This document shows positions 1 through 10,431 of a stretch of 55,738 nt of DNA, piece by piece. Source of the DNA: Candidatus Dormiibacterota bacterium (lineage in GTDB: Bacteria; Chloroflexota; Dormibacteria; Aeolococcales; Aeolococcaceae). The stretch lies in NCBI GenBank assembly GCA_049287785.1, contig JBAQGL010000007.1, positions 1-55,738 on the forward strand. The letters are read 5' to 3'. Position 1 is the first letter of the stretch, and the number at the start of each line of letters is the position of its first letter. The notes beneath the pieces were generated by a model. The model did no database searches and was not told the DNA's origin. It was given only the letters and a program-made list of their open reading frames with translations. Both the position numbers and the translations under genes were made by a program.

Positions 1-2
1 GC

Positions 3-2048
3 TGGAATCTCAATCGCTCACTCACGGTTCTGCGCTTCAAGGGCGGGCGCAAGAACCCGGCGCCAATCCAGCGTCTCGAATCCGACGACATCATGGGTGC
101 CGTCTTTCCCCAGCTGGTCGCCTGTCAGAACGAGAACCCCACGGGGCCGTTCGAGGCGCCCGACCATCCGCTCGTCAATCAGACGATGTACGACTGCCTG
201 CACGAGGTGATGGATGTCGACTCGCTGCGTGAGCTGGTGCTGCGCATCGAGCGAAAGGAAGTGGAGATCAGCTTCCGCGACACCGTCGAACCGTCCCCGC
301 TCGCGCACGAGATCGTCAACGGCAGGCCGTATACGTTCCTTGACGACGCGCCACTCGAGGAGCGGCGGAGTCGCGCGATCACGCTGCGGCGCGGGCTTCC
401 GGTGGAGGCGCGCGATCTCGCCGCGCTCGACCCCGAGGCGATCGCCCGCGTGCGTGCTGAGGCGACACCCGATCTTCGCGATCACGACGAACTGCACGAC
501 CTGCTGGTTTCGCTGGTGGTGACCCGGTCGGTCCCGGAGTGGACCGCCTGGTTCGATGAGCTGGTCGAGCGAGGCCGGGCGCTGTCGGTCACCAGGGACG
601 GTGACGTCTTCTGGTGCGCCATGGAGCGGGCCGCGAGCATCGACTCGCTCTGGCCGGGAGCGACGTTCGCGCCGCGTCCCGCGACATTCCCGCATGGACG
701 TGCGGCCTCGTCCCTCGACGGCGACGCGCTCGCCGCATCGATCCTGCGCGGACATCTCGAGGTGAGCGGTCCGATGACGACCGATGCCCTGTCCGATCGC
801 ACCGGGTTGCGTCGATCGGAGGTGGTAATCGCGCTTGCTGCGATCGAGGGCGACGGGTTTGTGATTCGTGGTCACTTCGACCCGGGGATCAGCGACGAGC
901 AGTGGTGCGCGCGGCGGCTGCTCGCCCGGATCCACGGGTACACGCAGCAGCGTTTGCGGCAGGAGATCGAACCGGTCACCGCGCAGGATTTCGTGCGATT
1001 CCTGCTTCGGTGGCAACGGGTTGCCCCCGGCACGCAGCGGGAGGGACGCGCCGGGGTCGCCGCGACGATCGCGCAGCTGCAGGGCTTCGAGATTCCCGCC
1101 GGCGTCTGGGAGGAGACGGTGCTGCCGAGCCGCGTGTCCGGCTATCGCAGCGCCTGGCTCGACGAGCTGTGCATGTCGGGAGAGGTCGCGTGGGCGCGCC
1201 TGAAGGTCCGCGACGAATCTGCCCTCGCCGCCCCGTCGCGAAGCAGCTCATCGGCATCGCACGCCACCCCGGTGACGCTGGTCATGCGATCCGACCTGCC
1301 GTGGCTGCTGCAGTCGGTGCGCGGCGATGCACAACCGATCGAGCCCGTGTCGGGGGCGACGCTCGATGTCCTCGAAGCCCTGCGCGAGCACGGCGCCCTC
1401 TTCACGGGCGACATCGTCACGCTCGCTCGCCGGCTCCCGAGTGAGGTCGAGAACGCACTCTGGGATGGTGTGGCCCGTGGCCTGCTCACCGCCGACGGTT
1501 TCAGTGCCGTCCGCCGCCTTCTTGTCAGTCGCGGGCTCGGGCGTTCACGACCTCACCACCGCGGACTCCGGCACGGCGTCAGCGGTTACTCGTCGGGCGA
1601 AGGCCGCTGGTCGCTCGTGCCTCGCATGCCATCGGCGGCAGAACACGACGCGCTCGCCGAGGCGATCGCAGAGCAGCTGCTGGTGCGGTGGGGAGTGGTG
1701 TTTCGCGACGTCGTCGCGCGCGAGACGATCGCCCTGCCGTGGCGCGACGTGGTGTGGGCGCTGCGTCGCATGGAAGCGCGCGGCACCGCGCGCGGCGGCC
1801 GCTTTGTCACGGGGTTCGCCGGTGAGCAGTTCGCGCTCCCGGAAGCCGTTGATCAGCTACGCAGCGTGCGCCGTCGCGAGCGCTCGGCGGAAGTGGTGCG
1901 CGTGTCGGCCACGGATCCGTTGAACGTTGCGGGCATCCTCCTGCCCGGTCCCCGCATCACGTCGGTGAGGACCAACAGCGTGGTCTTCGAGGACGGGTTG
2001 CCTGTCACAAGCGCGGAACCACGGGTCCCGGCACTCGGCTTTCGATGA
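3..2048 (+). CDS. lhr: Lhr-family ATP-dependent helicase, C-terminal part (5' end lies outside the window)
   Basis: The frame is open from nt 3 with no stop before the listed ORF at 93. The text ...IMGAVFPQLVACQNENPTG...HEIVNGRPYTFLDDAPLEERRSRAI... is typical of the DEAD-associated and C-terminal region of Lhr helicases. Confidence 0.75.
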   Translation, partial: WNLNRSLTVLRFKGGRKNPAPIQRLESDDIMGAVFPQLVACQNENPTGPFEAPDHPLVNQTMYDCLHEVMDVDSLRELVLRIERKEVEISFRDTVEPSPLAHEIVNGRPYTFLDDAPLEERRSRAITLRRGLPVEARDLAALDPEAIARVRAEATPDLRDHDELHDLLVSLVVTRSVPEWTAWFDELVERGRALSVTRDGDVFWCAMERAASIDSLWPGATFAPRPATFPHGRAASSLDGDALAASILRGHLEVSGPMTTDALSDRTGLRRSEVVIALAAIEGDGFVIRGHFDPGISDEQWCARRLLARIHGYTQQRLRQEIEPVTAQDFVRFLLRWQRVAPGTQREGRAGVAATIAQLQGFEIPAGVWEETVLPSRVSGYRSAWLDELCMSGEVAWARLKVRDESALAAPSRSSSSASHATPVTLVMRSDLPWLLQSVRGDAQPIEPVSGATLDVLEALREHGALFTGDIVTLARRLPSEVENALWDGVARGLLTADGFSAVRRLLVSRGLGRSRPHHRGLRHGVSGYSSGEGRWSLVPRMPSAAEHDALAEAIAEQLLVRWGVVFRDVVARETIALPWRDVVWALRRMEARGTARGGRFVTGFAGEQFALPEAVDQLRSVRRRERSAEVVRVSATDPLNVAGILLPGPRITSVRTNSVVFEDGLPVTSAEPRVPALGFR

Positions 2049-2057
2049 AGGCAACCG

Positions 2058-4538
2058 TCAGGTGCTCGCAGCCGGGACGGGTTCGAAGAACAGCGCAGCG
2101 GGGGTGGGCTCGGCTGGAACATCGGCCAGCGGCCACAGGAGCGTGAACTTGCTGCCGCCGCTCTCGTCGCTGTGCGCGCTGACGGTTGCGCCGTGGGCGT
2201 CGCAGAGGCGGCGCACGAGCGAGAGTCCCATGCCCATCCCGCCGTGCCGGCGCGTCCGGCTGTTGTCCTCCTGGTAGAAGCGGTCGAAGAGGCGCGGGAT
2301 GGCCTCGGCGCTGATGCCGATCCCGTCATCGACAACCTCGATGCGGCAGAGCCCCGCGCCCTTGACGGGGCCGGCGCTCACCCGGACGTGACCGCCTTTC
2401 GGCGTGAACTTCACGGCGTTGTCGATGAGAGCACGCAGCACCTGGCGGAGACGGAACGGATCGGCGCTGACAGCCGGTGAGCCGCGGACATCCACGGTGA
2501 GCTCGACGGGCAGGCCGTCCTTGAAGTGGCGCCTCACGTCATTAAATGCGTCACTGATCGCCGATGCGACGTCCACGGAAGAGATGCGCACGTCGATCGT
2601 GTCGGTGTTCACCAGTGCGAAGTCGACGACGTTCTCGACGGTCTCGCCGAGCAGCTTCACCGAGATGTCGATATCGCGCACGATCTCGAGCTTGGTGGCG
2701 TCATCCCATTTGTTCCACGCCACGTTGAGCAGCTCGATCTGTCCCTGGATGGCGAGCACCGGCGTGCGCAGCTCGTGTTGCGCCGTGTCGAGGAAGTCGC
2801 TCTTCAGCTGGTTCAACTCTTTCAGCCTGCGCACCGCCTCACGTTCCTGCTCGAGGGTTCGTGTGTTCTCCACCGCGACCGCGGCATTGTTGGCGAGGGT
2901 GATCAGCGCTCGTTCATCGCCGTCCGCGACCGGGTGCGCGGATCCCACGACCAGGACCCCGGTGAGTGCCTCCTGGAAGAGCATGGGGACGGCGATCCCA
3001 GCGCGGCCGCTCCAGTCGAGACGGACCGCGTGTCCGGCGGTCAATTCGTCCACGGGCATGGCGTCAGTCATATCGGGCATCTCCGGACCGCGGCTGCGCA
3101 GGCGGAGGAACTCAGAATCCCGTCGCGTGTAGACGGTCGCGCTCGCGGATCCACCCGCGATCGCGTCGGCGGCGCTGAGCACCGCATCCTGGAGCTGCTC
3201 GATGCCGCCGGTGGTCGTCGTCAACGCTCTGGACACCTCCTGGAGCCGGACAACGGATCCGTCGATGTGCTCGATGTAACCCGCGATCTGCTCGCGCATA
3301 CGGTTGACGCCGGCGGCGAGCCGTCCGAGCTCGTCGCGTGAGGTGACCGGAATGTCCGAGGTGTAGTCGCCGGCAGCGATCCTCTCCACGCCGCGCTCCA
3401 GACGCGACACCGGGCGGCGCACGAACCGGTCGACGAAGAGGAGCACGAGCAGGCACACCACCACCAGCGCGGTGAAGGCGATCTGCGCGATCGTCCCTTC
3501 GTCCTGGGCAGTCCCGGCGGCGAAGACCGACAGCGGCACCTCGACGCCGAGGTAGCCGGCGACCGCGGTTCCGCCGGGTGCCTCGAGCGGGACGAAGCTC
3601 CCGGCCACGGCGACACCTGCAACCGTGTAGATGGCATGTGCGGCGACCTCACCGGTCGGCGGATGCGCGACCTGCTGCGCAATGGCGGACGGTTCCGCGG
3701 ACGGCGCAGGGATGTCGGACGGGCCGGTGAACCGGACGAGGCTCGCGCCCGGACCGGTGCTGAGAAACACTGGCGTGTACCCAATGACGGGGCCATACCG
3801 GGCGAACTGCGTCTGCAGCTGCGCGCTGTACACCACCACCCCCAGGGGAGCGTTGGTCCCGCTTTGTGCGTTGAAGACGGGGACGGCCACGTCGAGGGCG
3901 GGCAGGCCACCGGCCAGCAGTTCAACGCCCTCAACGCCCGACGGGCATTCCGCTCGCAAGGCCGCGCTTGCCGCGATCGTCGCGCTCGATTGCTGGCACG
4001 CGACGGTCGTCTCGACCTTCAGCGCGTCGCGAATCGACGCCAGCGCGGCGGTGACGTGGGGGATCGAACCCGCTTCGCACGCCGCGGTCGCCGGATGGAT
4101 CGGGGCTCCGCCCGAGCCGAGGCTGTCGCACTCGCTGGTGTACAGCACGGTGCCGGCCCCGTTCAGCACGACCACCCCCAGCCCCGGAAGGTTGACGATC
4201 CGCTTGCCGGTGAACTCGGCCGCAACCAGCGCTGCCGGGTTGCTCCCGCTCAGCGCCATCTGGATCGACGACAGCGATGCGACCGCGGTCGCCGCGTACT
4301 GCGCCTGAGGCTGGATCACGCGTGAGATGAGCTCGCCCGCGACCCCGGCCCGGTTGTCCGCGTTGGAGAGTGCGCCGGCGTTGGTCTGCTGTGAGCGGCT
4401 CAACAGCAGGAAGCCGCTGACGCCGGCGATCAAGAGCGCGGTGAAGACAATCCCGCCTGCCAGCAATCGGCCGGCGAGACTGCTTCGCAGCCCAAACCTG
4501 CGGACGAAGAGGCCGCGGGCCGGTCGACGCGCGCGCAT
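2058..4538 (-). CDS. Membrane sensor histidine kinase (extracytoplasmic domain, HAMP, GAF-like, HisKA, HATPase_c); no adjacent response regulator
   Basis: N-terminal TM segment, large extracytoplasmic segment and a second TM. HAMP-like RPVSRLERGVERIAAGDY...ELGRLAAGVNRM. H-box AQHELRTPV, N-box IDNAVKFTP, G-box GGMGMGLSLVRRL. Confidence 0.85.
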   Translation of the reverse strand: MRARRPARGLFVRRFGLRSSLAGRLLAGGIVFTALLIAGVSGFLLLSRSQQTNAGALSNADNRAGVAGELISRVIQPQAQYAATAVASLSSIQMALSGSNPAALVAAEFTGKRIVNLPGLGVVVLNGAGTVLYTSECDSLGSGGAPIHPATAACEAGSIPHVTAALASIRDALKVETTVACQQSSATIAASAALRAECPSGVEGVELLAGGLPALDVAVPVFNAQSGTNAPLGVVVYSAQLQTQFARYGPVIGYTPVFLSTGPGASLVRFTGPSDIPAPSAEPSAIAQQVAHPPTGEVAAHAIYTVAGVAVAGSFVPLEAPGGTAVAGYLGVEVPLSVFAAGTAQDEGTIAQIAFTALVVVCLLVLLFVDRFVRRPVSRLERGVERIAAGDYTSDIPVTSRDELGRLAAGVNRMREQIAGYIEHIDGSVVRLQEVSRALTTTTGGIEQLQDAVLSAADAIAGGSASATVYTRRDSEFLRLRSRGPEMPDMTDAMPVDELTAGHAVRLDWSGRAGIAVPMLFQEALTGVLVVGSAHPVADGDERALITLANNAAVAVENTRTLEQEREAVRRLKELNQLKSDFLDTAQHELRTPVLAIQGQIELLNVAWNKWDDATKLEIVRDIDISVKLLGETVENVVDFALVNTDTIDVRISSVDVASAISDAFNDVRRHFKDGLPVELTVDVRGSPAVSADPFRLRQVLRALIDNAVKFTPKGGHVRVSAGPVKGAGLCRIEVVDDGIGISAEAIPRLFDRFYQEDNSRTRRHGGMGMGLSLVRRLCDAHGATVSAHSDESGGSKFTLLWPLADVPAEPTPAALFFEPVPAAST

Positions 4539-4674
4539 GGATCGAGCCTATTGGGGCGGAGGGGGCGCCGAATGGGTGACCGCTCGCAGTCCGGAAACGG
4601 GGTCGTGACGAACGATCTCGGCCGCCCGGGGGATCGGGCGTTCCGCAACGCGCTCGGAACCGTACGCTTACGGC

Positions 4675-5268
4675 ATGCCCTTTCGGCGCCGGAGGCCCAC
4701 GAGAATCGTCACGGCCGAGCCGGAGCGTACCGGCGTGGGCGCATTTCTGAAGCGCTGGATGATCCCGCTCATCGGCGCGCTCACCCCGACGGCGCTGATC
4801 GTGGTCAACATCGCGGTCTTCATCGTCAAGAACCTGCCGGAGTTCCGGATCACCATCTCGATCCTCGCCTTCGTCAGCGGGCTGATGCTCAACTCATGGG
4901 CCGGGCTGAACATCTACCGGATGCTCAAGCTGCGCCGGCCGGATCACCCCCTGGTGCACGAGCGCAACCAGGAGGTCGTGCTGGTCCTCGGCATGGCGGT
5001 GATCATCATCGCCGCGTTCCTGACGGCACTCTTCTGCTACCTCGGCCTCTCGGATTACAACCACCTGCCCAACGGGCTCACCTTCTTCACCGGGGTCCTG
5101 TCGGCGGCGGTGCCGATCCTCCTGCGTGCGGCGTTCCATCGCGGCGTTCCCAAGGGGCGCGGCGGCACTGGCCAGCAACAGATCAACACGGTTGCCGGAC
5201 TTCCGCCGAGCCCGATGCCGTTACCGCCGACATCGGCCTCGGCCCGCGACACGATCCCGAGGCGTTAA
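4675..5268 (+). CDS. Hypothetical integral membrane protein (about 4 TM segments)
   Basis: Four hydrophobic stretches (LIGALTPTALIVVNIAVFIV, ISILAFVSGLMLNSWAGL, VVLVLGMAVIIIAAFLTALFCYL, FFTGVLSAAVPILL). No recognisable motif. Confidence 0.5.
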   Translation: MPFRRRRPTRIVTAEPERTGVGAFLKRWMIPLIGALTPTALIVVNIAVFIVKNLPEFRITISILAFVSGLMLNSWAGLNIYRMLKLRRPDHPLVHERNQEVVLVLGMAVIIIAAFLTALFCYLGLSDYNHLPNGLTFFTGVLSAAVPILLRAAFHRGVPKGRGGTGQQQINTVAGLPPSPMPLPPTSASARDTIPRR

Positions 5269-5274
5269 CGAAAC

Positions 5275-5300
5275 AGGCGGGGCGCTTTCGCACCCCGCCT
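5275..5300. terminator. GC-rich hairpin between convergent genes (4675..5268 and dnaK); possible bidirectional terminator
   Basis: AGGCGGGG-cgctttcgca-CCCCGCCT gives an 8-bp perfect stem. It is followed by GTTT on the dnaK strand. The U-tract is weak. Confidence 0.45.
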
Positions 5301-5321
5301 GAGAGTCTGGGATTGGAGAGG

Positions 5322-7250
5322 TCAGACCTCTTTGAATTCGGCGTCGACGACGTCGTCCGCGCCCGCGCCTTCACCCGCTCCTTCGCCGTCGTGGGGAGCG
5401 CCGCCGTCGCCGTTGCCGGCGTGCGGCTCGCCCGATCCGGGCTGGGCCTGCTGGGTCTGGGCGTACACCGCCTCGCCGATCTTCTGGATCGACGCGGCCA
5501 GGTCGTCGTGCGCGCGCTTCATCGCGTCCGCGTCGTTACTGGCAATTGCGTCACGAACTGCCTTGACCTTGGCCTCGATATCGGTGCGCAGCTCCGCCGG
5601 CACCTTGTCGCCCGCGTCCGCGAGCGCCTTCTCGGCCTGGTACGCAAGGGCATCGGCACGGTTGCGCGTCTCCACTGACTCCGCCCGCTTGCGGTCCTCA
5701 TCGGCGTGGACCTCGGCCTCCTTGACCATGCGCTCGACCTCGTCCTTCTGGAGCGTTGTCGAACCGGTGATGGTGACCTTGTTCTCCTTGCCGGTCCCGC
5801 GATCCTTGGCACTGACGTTGAGGATGCCGTTGGCATCGATGTCAAAACCGACCTCGATCTGCGGCATGCCCCGCGGTGCCGGTGGGATGCCGTCGAGTGA
5901 GAACGTCCCGAGGATGCGGTTGTCCCGCGCCATCGGGCGCTCGCCCTGGAGCACCACGATCTCGACGGACGGCTGGCTGTCAGACGCTGTCGAGAACACC
6001 TGCGTCTTCGCGGTGGGGATGGTGGTGTTGCGCTCGATCAGCTTGGTGTTCACCTCGCCCTCGGTCATGATCCCGAGCGACAGCGGGGTTACGTCGAGGA
6101 GAAGCACGTCCTTGACCTCGCCCTTGAGCACGCCGGCCTGGATGGCAGCGCCGATCGCCACAACCTCGTCCGGGTTGACGCCGCGATGCGGGTCCTTGCC
6201 GGTAAAGCTCTTGACCAGCTCCTGGATCACCGGCATGCGTGTCGAGCCGCCGACCAGGATGACCTCATCGAGCTCCTTGGCAGTGAGCGCCGCGTCCTTG
6301 AGGGCCGCCTCGAACGGACCGCGGCAGCGCGCCGTGAGGTCCTCGGTGAGCTGTTCGAACTTGCTGCGCGTGAGGGTGATCGCAAGGTGCTTCGGGCCGG
6401 AGGCATCCGCGGTGATGAACGGCAGGTTCACCTCCGTCTCCTGACGCTGGGAGAGCTCGATCTTCGCCTTCTCGGCGGCCTCGGTGAGGCGTTGCAGCGC
6501 CTGACGGTCGCCGCGGAGGTCGATACCCTGGTCCTTCTTGAACTCGTCGGCCAGCCAGTCGACGATCCGGCGGTCGTAGTCGTCGCCGCCGAGGTGGGTG
6601 TCACCGTTGGTCGCCTTCACCTCGAAGACTCCTTCGCCAACCTCGAGGATCGAGACGTCGAACGTTCCGCCACCGAGGTCGAAGACGAGGATCTTCTCGT
6701 TCTCTTTCTTGTCGAGCCCGTAGGCGAGCGCGGCAGCGGTGGGCTCGTTGATGATGCGGACGACGTTCAGGCCGGCGATCTGACCGGCGTTCTTGGTGGC
6801 CTGCCGCTGGGCGTCGTTGAAGTACGCGGGAACGGTGATCACCGCATCGGTGACCTTCTCGCCGAGATATGCCTCGGCGTCGGTCTTGAGCTTCTGCATG
6901 ATCATCGCGGAGATCTGCTCCGGCGTGAAGTGCTCGGCGTTGATCTCCACCTCGGCGCGGCCGTCCTTGCCGGCTACCACCTTGTACGGGACCTGCTTGG
7001 CCTCGTTGCTGACCTCGCTCAGCAAGCGGCCCATGAAGCGCTTGATCGAATAGACGGTGTTTTCGGGGTTCACTGCCGCCTGGCGGCGGGCCAGCTGCCC
7101 GACCAGGCGCTCGCCGGTGCGCGTGAACGCAACCACCGACGGAGTGGTGCGGCCTCCCTCGGCGTTGGCGATGACGGTTGGTTCCCCACCCTCCATCACT
7201 GCAACCACGCTGTTGGTGGTGCCGAGGTCGATACCGACGGTTTTTGCCAT
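5322..7250 (-). CDS. dnaK: Molecular chaperone DnaK (Hsp70)
   Basis: [18 protein letters not shown]..., [12 protein letters not shown] and [11 protein letters not shown] are canonical Hsp70 signatures. Start set at the [10 protein letters not shown] Met (7250) rather than the ORF-track start at 7277. Confidence 0.97.
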   Translation of the reverse strand: MAKTVGIDLGTTNSVVAVMEGGEPTVIANAEGGRTTPSVVAFTRTGERLVGQLARRQAAVNPENTVYSIKRFMGRLLSEVSNEAKQVPYKVVAGKDGRAEVEINAEHFTPEQISAMIMQKLKTDAEAYLGEKVTDAVITVPAYFNDAQRQATKNAGQIAGLNVVRIINEPTAAALAYGLDKKENEKILVFDLGGGTFDVSILEVGEGVFEVKATNGDTHLGGDDYDRRIVDWLADEFKKDQGIDLRGDRQALQRLTEAAEKAKIELSQRQETEVNLPFITADASGPKHLAITLTRSKFEQLTEDLTARCRGPFEAALKDAALTAKELDEVILVGGSTRMPVIQELVKSFTGKDPHRGVNPDEVVAIGAAIQAGVLKGEVKDVLLLDVTPLSLGIMTEGEVNTKLIERNTTIPTAKTQVFSTASDSQPSVEIVVLQGERPMARDNRILGTFSLDGIPPAPRGMPQIEVGFDIDANGILNVSAKDRGTGKENKVTITGSTTLQKDEVERMVKEAEVHADEDRKRAESVETRNRADALAYQAEKALADAGDKVPAELRTDIEAKVKAVRDAIASNDADAMKRAHDDLAASIQKIGEAVYAQTQQAQPGSGEPHAGNGDGGAPHDGEGAGEGAGADDVVDAEFKEV

Positions 7251-7349
7251 TTTCTTGTCCTCCGGGACTGATAACACGATGCTTGATTGAGCGTCACACG
7301 AACGCTCCTATCGAATACCGCGTGCGGCCAACATGCTAAACGTAGGGGG

Positions 7350-7724
7350 ATGGATGACCCCCGTCCGATCGCGGAGCAGCTGCAGGACCTTCGCCGCCGG
7401 GCCGACGAGGACTTCCTCCACCCCGACGGCATGCGCGAGGCAGGCCGGCACCAGCTGGACCTGCCCGAGCTCGGGCTCCGAGTCAGCGTGACCCGGTCCC
7501 GCTACCCCAATCGGCCCGATGGGATCGATCAGTACGCAGTCACGCTGTCCCGGCCCGAGCTGGATCGCCCGCCGGGAAATCAGGAGGTCGAGATGGTGCT
7601 CGTGCCGGCTTTCGGCGCCGCCGCCGCCAGGGCGGTGGAACGGTCCGGCGGCTCGTCGAGGATCCGGATGTTCCGGGTACCGGCCGGGGTGCCCGACGGT
7701 CAGCCCGAACCGGCGACCTCGTAG
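7350..7724 (+). CDS. Hypothetical protein
   Basis: ORF in the dnaK-pcm gap. Start chosen at MDDPRP (ATG 7350). No motif recognised. The 3' end overlaps the pcm 3' end by 25 nt. Confidence 0.35.
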   Translation: MDDPRPIAEQLQDLRRRADEDFLHPDGMREAGRHQLDLPELGLRVSVTRSRYPNRPDGIDQYAVTLSRPELDRPPGNQEVEMVLVPAFGAAAARAVERSGGSSRIRMFRVPAGVPDGQPEPATS

Positions 7725-8326
7725 CCGTCGGCGCCGATCAACGGCACGAAGCGGCACGGACCGAGTGACTCGGTCTGCCAGCGCCCGTCGACCAGCGTGA
7801 GGCGGGTCAGCTCCTCGCCGCCGGGGTTGTCGGTGATCGGCACCACCAGCCGGCCACCCTCGACGAGCTGGCGGGCGAGCGCCACCGGAAGCCGTGGCGC
7901 GGCTGCCCCGACGGCGATCGCATCGAACGGCGCTCGCTCGGGAACGCCGAGGGTGCCGTCGCCCTCGAAGACCTCGACGTCGTAGTCGAGCCGGCGCAGA
8001 CGCTCCGCGGCCGACTGAGCCAGCGATCCAACCCGTTCGATGCTGACCACATGAGCCCCGCAAGCGGCCATCACGGCCGCCTGGTACCCGGAGCCGGTCC
8101 CCACGTCGAGCGCTCGGTCACCCTGGTGCAGCTCGAGGGCCTCGACGACGACCGCGACCATCAGCGGCTGGCTGATCGTCTGCCCCGGAGCGTCGATCGG
8201 CAGCGCCCGATCGGCGTAGGCGTGCTCGCGGTCACTCTCGAGCACGAACTCCTCCCGAGGCACGTCCGCCATGGCATGGAGCACCGCCGGCGACCGAATA
8301 CCGTGCTCGATCAGCGACGCCATCAT
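7700..8326 (-). CDS. pcm: Protein-L-isoaspartate O-methyltransferase
   Basis: GQTISQPLMVAVVVEAL...ALDVGTGSGYQAAVMA...V.SIER gives the PCMT SAM-binding motifs. Start set at MMASLIEHG (8326). Confidence 0.85.
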   Translation of the reverse strand: MMASLIEHGIRSPAVLHAMADVPREEFVLESDREHAYADRALPIDAPGQTISQPLMVAVVVEALELHQGDRALDVGTGSGYQAAVMAACGAHVVSIERVGSLAQSAAERLRRLDYDVEVFEGDGTLGVPERAPFDAIAVGAAAPRLPVALARQLVEGGRLVVPITDNPGGEELTRLTLVDGRWQTESLGPCRFVPLIGADGYEVAGSG

Positions 8327-8349
8327 GCGATCACGATCCGACGTAGCGG

Positions 8350-8775
8350 TTAGCCTCGCGGTGTGAGATCCAAATCGGGCGGCGGAGTGTCCGGAAGCTT
8401 CCAGACGATCCACTCTTTCTGCCAGCGGCGATGCAGGTCGTTTGCGGCGTCGACCGCCTCGTGGTACAGCCGCTCGAACGCCGCGACGTCGTGAGCGTCG
8501 AGCGCCGCCATCAGCGGGTCGAGATCGTCGAGGATCCACTCCTCAATATCGGTCGTGTACTTCGGCCGGGTCACCTCGCAGAGGCGAAGCAGCTTGCGCA
8601 TCTCACGGAGCTGCCAGCTTGCCAGCGGCCAGTTGGCAGCTCGCGCCGCGTAGAAGGCCTTCCAGAATCGCGCACCGATCTCGGGCATCAGTCGCGCCAA
8701 ACCGGGTTGCAGCGCCGTGAGCTGTTCGAGCTCCAGGCGCTCCGGGTTTTTGGGCTGCGCGCTGATCTCGGTCAT
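8350..8775 (-). CDS. Hypothetical protein
   Basis: Start set at MTEISAQPK (8775). The upstream part of the ORF is an Arg/Pro-rich high-GC artefact. No motif recognised. Confidence 0.45.
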   Translation of the reverse strand: MTEISAQPKNPERLELEQLTALQPGLARLMPEIGARFWKAFYAARAANWPLASWQLREMRKLLRLCEVTRPKYTTDIEEWILDDLDPLMAALDAHDVAAFERLYHEAVDAANDLHRRWQKEWIVWKLPDTPPPDLDLTPRG

Positions 8776-8840
8776 TCTGAAGATCAAGTCTACGGAGCGC
8801 GCCTCGGGAACCCGCGGGGCACGCCGCGCGTGACAGTCCC

Positions 8841-10412
8841 ATGAGTACCGCAGTCGATCGCTCGCGCTGGTCGCGGCCGCTCGTGGGGCTCGCATCGGTC
8901 GCCGTCGTCGGCGCGGGGATGGGGGCCTTCTTCGGGATCCGAGCGGTCCAGGGAGCAGGCTCTGCTCCATCCGGCGGGCAGCCGCCCGCCCGCACCGAGG
9001 CTGCGATGGCCTACGACCCTGCCAACGGTACGGTGGTGCTCTTCGGCGGTCAGAGCCGGTTCAACACGCTCCACGACACCTGGATCTGGAACGGATCGGG
9101 ATGGAGCCAGCCACATCCACGAACTGCGCCCCCTCCGCTGAGCGGTGCCCAGATGACCTATGACCCGGTTAGCCACGACGTGCTCCTGATCGGAGATCCG
9201 CAGTTCGAGAGCGTTGGCCCGATCGCGTGTTCGGCAGGGTCGGGGACTGCGTCATCCGGTTCGGTGGGTTCGAACACCACCGTCGTTCCACCGGTGGGCG
9301 CGATCCCCGCCGACGCCCCGCTGCCGAGTCCAACCGGCAAAGCCGGCCATGGCACCGTGGGGACGCCGCCGATCTGTGCCACGGTCGTATCGCAGGGTCC
9401 TGCAACGTGGTTGTGGAACGGCAGCGATTGGTCGAAGGCATCCGCGACGCCGCCGTCGATTGGCTTCGGGAACAGCGCGCTGGCGACCGACCCGGTGTCC
9501 GGGCGCGTCGTCCTCCTCCCGAGAGGTCCATTTGCGGTGCCCGCGCTCGGGGCGGCGGAGCCGGCGATCGCCTGCCCGATCCAGAATCCCGCAAGCCATC
9601 CGGTGCGCCCGACGTGCCCATGGCCGTTCGCCCCCATCGCGGCCTGGACGTGGAACGGGCACCAGTGGAAGACGATGGCGACGAGCGTCAACACGCAGTC
9701 ATTCGAGCTGTTCAATTCATCGATCGTGGACGATGCCGTCAGCGGCAAGCTGGCGACCTTCAGCGGCGGCAACGTCGCGCAACCGGTGCCGGCGCCGCTC
9801 CCGTGCACGACGTGCCTGGGTGTACCCAACGCGCTGCAGCCGTCTGCGGCAGCGACCGGCAGTGAAGCCGTCTGGACCGGCACCACGTGGCGGCAGGTGA
9901 TCACGTACAGCGGCGGTCCGGCCATGCCGGGCGCCGCACTCGTCGGCGACCCCGCAACCCACAGCGACATCGCCCTCTCGGGCAACGGGCAGACCTGGAT
10001 CTGGACCGGCGTCTGGACCCGCGCACACCCGGGCACCACTCCTCCGCTCGTAAGCGCCGCTGCCGCCGTCTTTGACGCGGCGACCGGTCAGGTGGTGGTC
10101 TTCGGCGGCGCCGGCACGACCTCGCACCAGGCCGGCCTCTACAACCAGACGTGGACGTGGGACGGCTCGAGCTGGACGCAGCGCGGCGGGAGCGCGGGTA
10201 TCTCAGTGGTCATCCCGGAGCCATCGCCGGTGAGCATTCCTCCGTGCCCGCCCGTCAACCCGGCGGCCAAGCCCGCGCAGGGAGCGCAGACATCGGCGGC
10301 GCAACCAGCCGTGGCCTGCCCGGGCGGGATCGCAGGGTCAATCGGCGGCGCTTCCGGAAGCGCGGGGAGCGTCACCGGGGTGACCACCGGGAGCGGGGCC
10401 GTCGCGCCCTGA
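8841..10412 (+). CDS. Exported Kelch/beta-propeller-like repeat protein
   Basis: N-terminal TM/signal segment (LVGLASVAVVGAGMGAFFG). Repeated blades of the form YDP..G.VVLFGG...TW.WNG..W (TWIWNGSGWSQ, TWLWNGSDWSK, WTWNGHQWKT, TWIWTGVWTR, TWTWDGSSWTQ). Confidence 0.65.
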   Translation: MSTAVDRSRWSRPLVGLASVAVVGAGMGAFFGIRAVQGAGSAPSGGQPPARTEAAMAYDPANGTVVLFGGQSRFNTLHDTWIWNGSGWSQPHPRTAPPPLSGAQMTYDPVSHDVLLIGDPQFESVGPIACSAGSGTASSGSVGSNTTVVPPVGAIPADAPLPSPTGKAGHGTVGTPPICATVVSQGPATWLWNGSDWSKASATPPSIGFGNSALATDPVSGRVVLLPRGPFAVPALGAAEPAIACPIQNPASHPVRPTCPWPFAPIAAWTWNGHQWKTMATSVNTQSFELFNSSIVDDAVSGKLATFSGGNVAQPVPAPLPCTTCLGVPNALQPSAAATGSEAVWTGTTWRQVITYSGGPAMPGAALVGDPATHSDIALSGNGQTWIWTGVWTRAHPGTTPPLVSAAAAVFDAATGQVVVFGGAGTTSHQAGLYNQTWTWDGSSWTQRGGSAGISVVIPEPSPVSIPPCPPVNPAAKPAQGAQTSAAQPAVACPGGIAGSIGGASGSAGSVTGVTTGSGAVAP

Positions 10413-10431
10413 GCCGCCACAATGGCTGGCC

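Noticed and set aside
18-1016. Long antisense or alternative-frame ORFs throughout the window. Examples are 18..1016(-), 6186..7271(+), 37802..39070(+), 44285..45757(+) and 46248..47792(-).
   Set aside because: They lie opposite or out of frame to genes with unmistakable conserved motifs. Their translations are Arg/Ala/Pro/Gly-rich low-complexity text, typical of shadow ORFs in ~70 % G+C DNA.
7251-7349. Heat-shock operator (CIRCE or HAIR) upstream of dnaK.
   Set aside because: Only weak half-matches are present. CTTGATTgagcgtcACACGAA matches CTTGAGT-N7-ACTCAAG poorly, and ATGCTAA is a lone CIRCE-like half. There is no convincing inverted repeat, so no call was made.
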